Positions 15,304 to 22,025 of a stretch of DNA of 32,000 nt are shown here, in pieces. The stretch is from Patescibacteria group bacterium. Lineage in GTDB: Bacteria > Patescibacteriota > Patescibacteriia > 2-01-FULL-39-33. Below the pieces are notes generated by a model. The model was not told where the DNA came from, made no database searches, and saw nothing but the letters and a program-made list of their open reading frames with translations. A program made the translations under genes and the position numbers. The stretch's first letter is position 1. The number at the start of each line of letters is the position of its first letter. The stretch spans positions 90,001 through 122,000 of the forward strand of contig JBAZRV010000003.1 in NCBI GenBank assembly GCA_041662745.1, given 5' to 3'.

Positions 15304-18300
15304 TTAAGCGCGGAAATCACAGATGCCGTTGTAATCGCACCACTTGCAGGTGTTCTCTGACGGTTGAGGCGGGAATTTGCCGCGTTTTATTTTGGTTACG
15401 GTATCAATTATTTTTTCTTTCATTTTTTCCAGTTCTTTGGGCGTGCCCAGGAAGGAGAGTTCCGAATCGTTGTCAAAATAATAGTATGCCAGTTCTTTGA
15501 CCGGTTGCCGCAATATTTGTTCGGCGGCCAGCTGATAAATCAATAATTGGTCCTTATCGTCAGCCTCCAGTTTTTTCTTCGGACTGCCTGTTTTATAGTC
15601 AATCAGCCGCAAGCCGCCGTTAACTTCATCAATGCGATCAATGGCGCCGCGCACCGACACCTCCGGCGCCAGTTTGACGGTGAAGCCTTTTTCCAATTCC
15701 AGGGCCACAGCCGGCGCTTGTCGCCAGCGATCAAAAAACTTCTTCAGGCAATCCAATCCGTGGTCGCGGTATTTGCGCTTGGTTAGCGCATCCGGATACC
15801 ATTCGTCCACAAATGACATTTCGTAAAGCTCCTTGACTTCCTCCCAGGATATTTCCAACGAATCACCCGTTTCACCGAAGAGGTTTTTTTGTTTGGCCTC
15901 GGCTTTGGCGCGCGCCAGAATAAAGAATTTTTGCATGGTTGAATGCATGGTTTTGCCGAAAGAAAATACGGGCTTGCCTTTTATGGGCAAACGCAGAATA
16001 TGGGCGAAACGATACTGGTAGGGGCAGGATTGAAAAGACTTCAGCTGGGTGAAAGAAATGGTGGGTAATAGCGGTTTACTGCCGGTTGGCAGGGTTTCGT
16101 CAGTATTTTTGGCTTTGGTCGCGGTTAGCAAATCAGAGTCGGGTATGGCTAACGCCGTCGCAGCCAAAGCAAAACCGTCCTCACTAAGTTCTGACAGGAA
16201 GCGAGAAAGTTTTTTGGCTCTGGCGCCCCCGTAGTCTTCGGCCGAAGATAAATATAAGCCCTGCTTGGCTCGCGTCATAGCGACATAAAATAATCGCCGT
16301 TCTTCCTGCAGATGCGCATCGCCTTCGGGCAAGATTTCTTTCGTCAGCGCCGTCGGCAATTCCAGCCGGTCACTCTTGTTGCCCGAGGGGAATTTTCTGT
16401 CCACCAGATTGGCGATAAAAACGTATTTAAATTCTAAGCCCTTGGCTGAATGGACAGTCATAATTCTGACTGAATCGGGGCTTAAGTCTTCCAGATTCGG
16501 CGCCAAAGCGCCTTCCTCCCCCGCTTCCGCTTCCAATTCCATCAGAGCGCGAAAATTATTCAAACTGTGATCCAGATTATCTTTTTCAAACATCTGCATC
16601 TTGCGATAAAACTGATTTAGGTAATTGAGTTCCTGGCGGTTTTCCAAATTGTCTTTGGCGGTCAGGCGCTTGAGATAGCCGGTGGCCTCCAGAAAATCCT
16701 GGCAGAGTTCCGTGGGCCGGGCGCCGGCTTGGGCGCGCGCGGTTTGTGTTTCAATCAGTCCGGCGATTTTAAGCATTTTTTTTCTGCCCTCGGCGGACAA
16801 TCCCGGCAACAAGGAGTTTTGCTTAGCGGCCTCAAATAACGACCAGGCTCGTTTGCCCGCCTGGTAATTAAGCGTGCCGAAATCAGTCAGGCCGATTTGC
16901 CAGGCCGGCAAGCTTAGAATGCGGAACATGGCGATGTTTTCCCTATAATCATCCAACACTTTGAACCAATTCATGATATCCAGAATGATTTTTTTGCCGT
17001 AAAGGCCGCGCGAAGCCATGAACATGTAAGGAATATCGGCTGATTCCAAAACATAGCAGAAATCGTCCGCGGAAGCGTTGGCGCGCACCAGAATGGCGAA
17101 ATCCGACCAGTTGGTTTCTTTATCGGCATTATATAATTCAATAATTTTATCCGTTACCGCTTTGACTTCATCGGCGATAGTCTGGCCATGCAGGTGGCTG
17201 ATCTCTCCGGCGCAATTCAAGTGAGCGGCGAGTTTTTTGGATAATTTTTTTTGTCCTTGGGATAATTTCGCTTCCAAGCGATCAGGATTGTTGCGTTGGA
17301 TAAAATTATAGGATAAATCTAAAATATTCTGGCAAGAACGGTAATTGTCGGTCAACAGTATTTCTTTGGCGCCGGGAAAATCATCTTTGAACTGCAAAAT
17401 ATTGGACACCGACGCGCCGCGGAATTTGTAGATGGACTGGTCGTCGTCGCCGACCACGGTCAGATTGTTTTTCGGCTCGGCTAAAAGTTTGACTAATTCG
17501 TATTGCGCCCAATTGGTGTCTTGAAATTCATCCACTAAAATATATTTGAATTGCGAGCGGTATTTGTACAACACCGCTTTCCTGGTTTTAAATAATTTGA
17601 GAGTGTAATTGATCAGGTCGCCGAAATCCAAAGCATTGTTTTCTAACAGTAATTGCTGATAGGTATGGTAAGCGTCGGCGATTTCCAGTTGTTTGGCGAT
17701 CTCTTCCGTTTTCAGCTCGGCGATTTCCGTCGGCGACAGGTTTTCTTGATCCTCTTCCTTGATGATTGATTTGAGAAAATCAGCCGAGTCGGAATTTAAT
17801 TTTAAATTTTCCGCATATTCCAAATAAGCGTCGGCGGAGATTTCTTCGTCTTTGGCGCGAGAAAACAGCTTTAACAAATCGTGAATGAATTTGGTGGGGT
17901 TGCCCAAGGGGCGATAATGCTTAAGATTGAAGCGATCAAGATTCTGGCGCACTAAAAGCCATTGTTCGGTTTGGGTGAGCAAACGAAAATCAGCCGGCAA
18001 GCCGATTTCTAACCCGTATTCCTTAAGGATGCGTTCGCAAAAAGCATGAAAAGTGGAAATCCATAAGTCATTGTAGCCCAAGGGCAAAAGCTGATCTACG
18101 CGTTCTTCCATTTCAGCGGCGGCTTTTTCGGTAAAAGTCAGGGCTAAAATCTGTTCGGGGAGAATCCCTTGCTCAGTCACCAGCCAGGCGATTTTAGAAG
18201 TGATGACCGTGGTTTTGCCCGTGCCGGCGCCGGCGATAATCAACAGCGGGCCGTCCCGGTGGGTAACGGCTTGCTTTTGGGCTTCATTCAGGTTTTTTAG

Positions 18301-18318
18301 CAGTTCAGAATTCGGCAT
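15304..18318 (-). CDS. UvrD/PcrA-type superfamily-1 helicase fused to a C-terminal Cas4/AddB-like PD-(D/E)XK nuclease with a 4-Cys cluster
   Basis: Walker A AGAGTGKTT, DEFQDT, and helicase motifs throughout. The C-terminus carries CPYQYRF...GAIDRID...LIDYKTG...QLLIYQLA...CKWCDYNGIC. The ORF track starts at TTG 18369; ATG 18318 (MPNSELLKNLNEAQ) is preferred. Confidence 0.85.
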   Translation of the reverse strand: MPNSELLKNLNEAQKQAVTHRDGPLLIIAGAGTGKTTVITSKIAWLVTEQGILPEQILALTFTEKAAAEMEERVDQLLPLGYNDLWISTFHAFCERILKEYGLEIGLPADFRLLTQTEQWLLVRQNLDRFNLKHYRPLGNPTKFIHDLLKLFSRAKDEEISADAYLEYAENLKLNSDSADFLKSIIKEEDQENLSPTEIAELKTEEIAKQLEIADAYHTYQQLLLENNALDFGDLINYTLKLFKTRKAVLYKYRSQFKYILVDEFQDTNWAQYELVKLLAEPKNNLTVVGDDDQSIYKFRGASVSNILQFKDDFPGAKEILLTDNYRSCQNILDLSYNFIQRNNPDRLEAKLSQGQKKLSKKLAAHLNCAGEISHLHGQTIADEVKAVTDKIIELYNADKETNWSDFAILVRANASADDFCYVLESADIPYMFMASRGLYGKKIILDIMNWFKVLDDYRENIAMFRILSLPAWQIGLTDFGTLNYQAGKRAWSLFEAAKQNSLLPGLSAEGRKKMLKIAGLIETQTARAQAGARPTELCQDFLEATGYLKRLTAKDNLENRQELNYLNQFYRKMQMFEKDNLDHSLNNFRALMELEAEAGEEGALAPNLEDLSPDSVRIMTVHSAKGLEFKYVFIANLVDRKFPSGNKSDRLELPTALTKEILPEGDAHLQEERRLFYVAMTRAKQGLYLSSAEDYGGARAKKLSRFLSELSEDGFALAATALAIPDSDLLTATKAKNTDETLPTGSKPLLPTISFTQLKSFQSCPYQYRFAHILRLPIKGKPVFSFGKTMHSTMQKFFILARAKAEAKQKNLFGETGDSLEISWEEVKELYEMSFVDEWYPDALTKRKYRDHGLDCLKKFFDRWRQAPAVALELEKGFTVKLAPEVSVRGAIDRIDEVNGGLRLIDYKTGSPKKKLEADDKDQLLIYQLAAEQILRQPVKELAYYYFDNDSELSFLGTPKELEKMKEKIIDTVTKIKRGKFPPQPSENTCKWCDYNGICDFRA

Positions 18319-18400
18319 AATTAAGTCTATATTTAAGTTAATTTTACCAGAAAACCGGGGATATTTCAAAGCCTGTGATTTTTCGTTAAAATTTTATTTG

Positions 18401-18430
18401 AAAATAAAAAACCGCCGTTATTCGGGCGGT
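18401..18430 (-). terminator. Intrinsic terminator after the 172-aa ORF
   Basis: Minus strand has ACCGCC-loop-GGCGGT (18430-18411) followed by TTTTTATTTT. Confidence 0.6.
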
Positions 18431-18483
18431 TTTGGGCGTTTTGGTTGCAAAGAGCCGATGCGAAGGGCCGGTTGGCGCTGGCA

Positions 18484-19002
18484 TTAAAGCTGAAACCCGA
18501 GGCGCTTGGCCTGTTTTTGCAGTTCCTGAAGGCGTGTTTGGCACTCCTGTTCTTCCAGCTTTTTATCCAACTTCCGTTCCTTGGCTTTCCTGTAATCGGC
18601 AATCACTTGATCCGGTTTGTCAACCAGCAAATCAAGCGGTGTTCGCCAAGCGCCGGTGTCTATGAAAACCTCAACCTTGGGATCGTCATCATGTTGCCAA
18701 TAGACATCAAAAACCTTTATGGATTCCCCCGGCAGGCAAAACCAAATTTCAATATTGTTGCCTCCGAAACAGGTCATGCCGAAAATGCCGCGAAATTCAA
18801 AATTATCAAAGCCTTTGAACTTCCAGGTTGTTTTGATATGATCGCTCGAAGTATCCCGCGACACCAATTCCCCTATTCCCGTGAGTATTTTTGCGGCGAA
18901 TCTTAAATATTTTAGTACCAGTTCTTTCCTGTCTTTAATCTGTTTTTCCAACGCCGCGATTTCTTGCTCAATCGTTTTTTCTGCGACGGCTGCTTTTGCC
19001 AT
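18484..19002 (-). CDS. Hypothetical protein (172 aa), coiled-coil ends around a beta-rich core
   Basis: ATG 19002 with GGGAGG (19011-19016 region, reverse) 8 nt upstream. Has its own promoter and terminator. No family recognised. Confidence 0.65.
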   Translation of the reverse strand: MAKAAVAEKTIEQEIAALEKQIKDRKELVLKYLRFAAKILTGIGELVSRDTSSDHIKTTWKFKGFDNFEFRGIFGMTCFGGNNIEIWFCLPGESIKVFDVYWQHDDDPKVEVFIDTGAWRTPLDLLVDKPDQVIADYRKAKERKLDKKLEEQECQTRLQELQKQAKRLGFQL

Positions 19003-19060
19003 TAGTCAGTCCTCCCTCGGTTTTTTGGTTGCAAGGATTTAATGTAATGAACACTAAAGT

Positions 19061-19088
19061 ATTATAACGGATTGGGATAAAAAGTCAA
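19061..19088 (-). promoter_or_regulatory. Candidate promoter of the 172-aa ORF
   Basis: Minus strand reads TTGACT (19088-19083), 16 nt, TATAAT (19066-19061). Confidence 0.45.
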
Positions 19089-19209
19089 GGTGTTATAAAA
19101 CCTCGACATTTTCCAATTTTGCTCATATCTCGCTTCTGACTTGTTCCCGCCCCTTAATATTGTTATGACTTTTGTCAGAAAAAAAGCAAAACAAAAATCA
19201 CGTCCATAG

Positions 19210-19280
19210 CTCGGGGACAGGGGCTCGAACCCCGATTAACGGCTTCAAAGGCCGCTGTCCTACCATTAGACGATCCCCGA
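19210..19280 (-). tRNA. tRNA-Gln (anticodon UUG)
   Basis: Hand-folded cloverleaf: acceptor TCGGGGA/TCCCCGA, D arm GTCT-AATGGTA-GGAC, anticodon arm GCGGC-CTTTGAA-GCCGT, T arm CGGGG-TTCGAGC-CCCTG, discriminator G. It has the U1-A72 pair typical of bacterial tRNA-Gln. CCA is not encoded. Confidence 0.85.
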
Positions 19281-19338
19281 GTTATAGACGCGATTTTTCG
19301 TTAACTAACGTCTTACTTGATTTGAATTATTTATATTT

Positions 19339-19461
19339 TTACTTATTATAAGGCCGGCCGGTCACCTTGGCCTCAAACTTCTTTTTTCTGGCGCTTTTCT
19401 TGTCTTCCTGTTTGACTAAGCGAGGCACCTTGATCTTCGGATCCCTTTTTCTTTTTGCCAT
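19339..19461 (-). CDS. Possible small basic protein (40 aa: MAKRKRDPKIKVPRLVKQEDKKSARKKKFEAKVTGRPYNK)
   Basis: ATG to TAA ORF below the track threshold. Local GC is higher than the neighbouring spacer. There is no clear SD and no family recognised, so it may be chance. Confidence 0.25.
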   Translation of the reverse strand: MAKRKRDPKIKVPRLVKQEDKKSARKKKFEAKVTGRPYNK

Positions 19462-19480
19462 ATGTTTATTATTGCTGGGG

Positions 19481-19521
19481 CAAAACCGAACTAATCTCAA
19501 ATTAGAAAGTCGTCGGTTTTG
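19481..19521 (-). other. Long two-tier hairpin between the ncRNA terminator and the small ORF
   Basis: CAAAACCGA (19481-19489) pairs with TCGGTTTTG (19513-19521). An inner stem CTAAT (19491-19495) pairs with ATTAG (19501-19505). Confidence 0.4.
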
Positions 19522-19585
19522 CTGTTCTTTTAATTAATCTATGTTTTATTCTAACAAATTTATCGCTGTTTGGCAAGATTTTGCC

Positions 19586-19664
19586 AAAAAAAAGAGCCCC
19601 CGTAACTTTGGTCGCACACCCATGAAACATTACTATTTATTGGTGTGTGGCTAGTTGACGGGGG
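19586..19664 (-). terminator. Long intrinsic terminator closing the ncRNA unit
   Basis: Minus strand CCCCCGT (19664-19658) pairs with ACGGGGG (19603-19597). Extended interior pairing includes CACACACC/GGTGTGCG. It ends in CTC plus T8 (19593-19586). Confidence 0.65.
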
Positions 19665-20370
19665 TCAAAATTAAAGGTGCTTTCGAATGGCGGGGATCGG
19701 AGCGTTTTTAGACGCTCTTTTCGGCCGGGTCCGGAAGAGGCTCCATCACAAAATTCCTGAGCCGCTAATGCGAGAGCTCCGCTAAACAACGCCGCGCTAA
19801 CGCCCATTTCCATTACACTTTGGCAGCGCGAACGATCAATGACCGATGGCGGACCTCATGGCAACAAACAAATCCGGATATTCGGGCCGCATCCTGCGCC
19901 CCGATCCCCAAATTCAGCCGGTTGGTGTTTATTCCTGAGGGGCCCGGCTTGCCCCTAAATACATCGTTGTGTATTTGGCATGTTTGGTTTCCTTTGGCGG
20001 CCGGGATTAACGCACCCCTTTCATTAACTGGTCGGTGCGCCTAACCACCTGGCAACAGGGCCGGGGCGCTGTCCAATATAGCGATCCCCTGCTATGCTTT
20101 TATCTACAAGTTGCCAGTTCGTTAACCCTCGTAATTACACAAACCCCACGGGATAACGACTCATTAGGAGCCCTCCAGTTTTGTTTGGCCGATAGTTGGC
20201 CATGCCCGTTTTAACTATCCAGATGTTCGCCAACGGGCGAGACTCTGGAAAAAACGATACTACTGCTGACTGTCAATGAGCTTGGTGAGCGCGAGACGGA
20301 AGCGGCCCTTAAGCCTAGGAATGGAACGAATATGTTGGTTCCCCCACTTTCCGTCTCGCCTCACCTTTGA
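19586..20370 (-). ncRNA. Large (about 785 nt) structured non-coding RNA, class unassigned
   Basis: Bounded by a near-consensus promoter and a strong terminator. No credible ORF in any frame. GC-rich compared with the AT-rich flanks. Contains many stable hairpins and long-range complementarities (see findings). Confidence 0.6.
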
Positions 20371-20376
20371 GCTTCA

Positions 20377-20405
20377 ATCATATCACATCGTTAATATTTT
20401 GTCAA
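20377..20405 (-). promoter_or_regulatory. Near-consensus extended -10 promoter driving the ncRNA
   Basis: Minus strand reads TTGACA (20405-20400), exactly 17 nt, TGaTATGAT (-10 at 20382-20377). A very AT-rich tract lies upstream. Confidence 0.6.
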
Positions 20406-20460
20406 TAGCTTTATCCACAGGCAAATTATTAATAATAAAAAATTAGTGTAAATTTAGCTA

Positions 20461-20480
20461 AAATAAATTAATTTATTTTA
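20461..20480. repeat. 20-nt perfect AT-only palindrome in a divergent control region
   Basis: AAAATAAATTAATTTATTTT equals its own reverse complement. It lies between the ncRNA promoter and the recR promoter. Confidence 0.7.
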
Positions 20481-20548
20481 TGATTAAAATGGCGATAATC
20501 CGCCATAGGCGGTTTTGCCGGAAAACAAACTTAAATAAAACTATAGAC

Positions 20549-20577
20549 TTGCCCCAAGAGCGTCTATCAGTTAGAAT
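20549..20577 (+). promoter_or_regulatory. Candidate promoter of recR (near-leaderless)
   Basis: TTGCCC (20549-20554), 17 nt, TAGAAT (20572-20577). Only 8 nt separate the -10 from the ATG at 20586, and there is no SD. Confidence 0.45.
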
Positions 20578-20585
20578 GAAGTTGT

Positions 20586-21182
20586 ATGTCAGAATCAAAT
20601 ATCAAAAACCTTGTTGATAAATTTGCCAGATTTCCCTCAATTGGCCCAAAAACCGCCGAACGAATGGTGTATTACCTGCTCAGACAATCGCCGGAAAAAA
20701 TGGACGAATTATCTTCGGCAATTCATCAACTAAAAAATAGCATTACCGCTTGCAATATTTGCTTTAATTTTAGCGAATCTAATCCTTGTCCAATCTGTTC
20801 CGATCTCCGGCGCGATCGTCGGATTATTTGTATTGTGGCCAAACCGCAGGATATTTCAGCCATTGAGAAAACCGGCTCATATAACGGCGTTTATCATGTC
20901 TTAGGCGGCAATATCAATCCGCTGGAAAATATTATGCCGGAGAATTTGCGGCTTAAAGAACTCTTGGCGCGCATCAAGGATAATGAAGCTTGCGAACTTA
21001 TCCTGGCTTTGAATCAGGATATGATCGGTGAAACCACCGCTTTGTATCTGTCTAAATTATTAAAGCAATTTTCTCAAGTGACGGTAACGCGTTTGGCGCG
21101 CGGCTTGCCCATGGGCGCTGATCTGGAATACGCCGATGAAGTGACTTTGGAAAGCGCTATTTCCGGACGCAGGGAATTATAA
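20586..21182 (+). CDS. recR: Recombination protein RecR
   Basis: HhH motif FPSIGPKTAERM, C4 zinc finger CNICFNF...CPICSD, and a Toprim domain with VYHVLGG. 198 aa. Confidence 0.95.
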   Translation: MSESNIKNLVDKFARFPSIGPKTAERMVYYLLRQSPEKMDELSSAIHQLKNSITACNICFNFSESNPCPICSDLRRDRRIICIVAKPQDISAIEKTGSYNGVYHVLGGNINPLENIMPENLRLKELLARIKDNEACELILALNQDMIGETTALYLSKLLKQFSQVTVTRLARGLPMGADLEYADEVTLESAISGRREL

Positions 21183-21187
21183 AATAA

Positions 21188-21214
21188 AACAGCCGGCTCG
21201 GCCGACTGTTTTTT
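21188..21214. terminator. Bidirectional terminator between convergent recR and the pseudouridine synthase gene
   Basis: AACAGCCGGC...GCCG-A-CTGTT stem, flanked by an A-rich run upstream and T6 downstream. Confidence 0.55.
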
Positions 21215-21229
21215 AATCACAATAAGAAA

Positions 21230-21904
21230 TCACACTTCTTCGGGAGTTATTTTTTTACACTCCCCCTCTTTTAGGTCTGCCAACTTTAGCTTGCCTATCC
21301 TGATGCGTTTTAAATCTTCAACTTTGTAATCTAACTGTTCGGCCATGCGGCGGATTTGGCGGTTGACGCCCTCTTTAAGAATCAGGGTCAGCCGGTTGCC
21401 TCGCTGTTTAATAATCCTGACCGGTTGGAGTTTTTTGCCGTCCAAGATCAATCCCCGCTCTATTTTTTGCGCGTCGGTTTTGGCCAGGGCGCGATCCAGT
21501 TCCACTTCATATTCCTTTTCGTGGCCGAATTTGGCCTGGGTCAGGCGATAGGCAAAATCGCCGTCATTGGTTAATATCAGCAAGCCCCGTGAATCTTTAT
21601 CCAGCCTTCCCACCGGATAAATTCGCTGTTTAATTTTAATCAAATCCAAAACCGATTTGCCTTGCGAACCGCTTGAGGAAGTGATATAGCCCCTGGGCTT
21701 GTTAAGCGCCAGATAGATTTTTTGCGTTTCTGTTTCCAGTTTCTTGCCGGCTATTTCTACGGCAGCGTTATTTTCATCAATTACCAGTCCCAAATCTTGG
21801 GCGGCCAAGCCGTTTACCTTCACTTTACCGGCTTTAATTAGCTCATCGGCTTTGCGTCTGGAACAGACTCCGGCTTGAGCAATGTATTTATTCAAACGAA
21901 TCAT
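21230..21904 (-). CDS. rRNA pseudouridine synthase, RsuA/RluB family (S4 domain plus catalytic domain)
   Basis: N-terminal S4 RNA-binding motif LNKYIAQAGVCSRRKADELI. Catalytic GRLDKDSRGLLILTNDG with the conserved Asp. Confidence 0.9.
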   Translation of the reverse strand: MIRLNKYIAQAGVCSRRKADELIKAGKVKVNGLAAQDLGLVIDENNAAVEIAGKKLETETQKIYLALNKPRGYITSSSGSQGKSVLDLIKIKQRIYPVGRLDKDSRGLLILTNDGDFAYRLTQAKFGHEKEYEVELDRALAKTDAQKIERGLILDGKKLQPVRIIKQRGNRLTLILKEGVNRQIRRMAEQLDYKVEDLKRIRIGKLKLADLKEGECKKITPEEV

Positions 21905-21996
21905 ATTTTGTCATTCCCGCGTACCTTGCCTACTGGCAGGTAGAGGCGGGAGTCCAGGTTATTTTTGTCATTCTGAGGCAACGTCGAAAAATCTCA
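21904..21996. repeat. Two adjacent short hairpin repeats sharing the head ATTTTGTCATTC
   Basis: Copy A (21904-21960) is GTCATTCCCGC...GCGGGAGTCCAGG, with stem TCCCGC (21915-21920) / GCGGGA (21946-21951) plus an inner stem. Copy B (21961-21996) is GTCATTCTGAGG...AAAAATCTCA. Confidence 0.5.
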
Positions 21997-22025
21997 AATA
22001 TAATTTTTTTTAATATTAAATTAAA

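Noticed and set aside
18319-18369. N-terminal extensions from TTG starts in the ORF track (also 5336-5392, 26301-26321 and 30118-30141)
   Set aside because: Each extension begins at a TTG with no SD and adds non-conserved residues. Downstream in-frame ATGs match the expected family N-termini, or have an SD in the case of paralog 1.
19820-20044. 74-aa plus-strand ORF inside the long non-coding region
   Set aside because: It has no SD or promoter, an odd composition and no family resemblance. It lies antisense to a unit that has a clear promoter and terminator on the other strand.
19586-20370. Identification of the long RNA as RNase P RNA, tmRNA or SRP RNA
   Set aside because: There are partial look-alikes: GGAAAGU at the 5' end, and GGUCCGGAAG and CCCGGCUU on the opposite strand. 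However, GGAAAG is locked in a local 19-bp hairpin rather than a P4-type long-range helix. The GGAA loop context does not pair like SRP helix 8. There is no tRNA-like 3' end or GGGG...ACCA pairing as in tmRNA. The size is also about twice that of these RNAs. Only a covariance-model search can fully exclude them.
19586-20370. Naming the RNA as GOLLD or ROOL outright
   Set aside because: Size and tRNA adjacency fit, but I cannot recall or verify the family consensus from sequence alone, so I leave it unassigned.
20491-20516. Hairpin plus TTTT as a plus-strand terminator of an unannotated sRNA
   Set aside because: I could find no convincing plus-strand promoter upstream in the AT-rich tract, so I treat it as part of the divergent control region instead.
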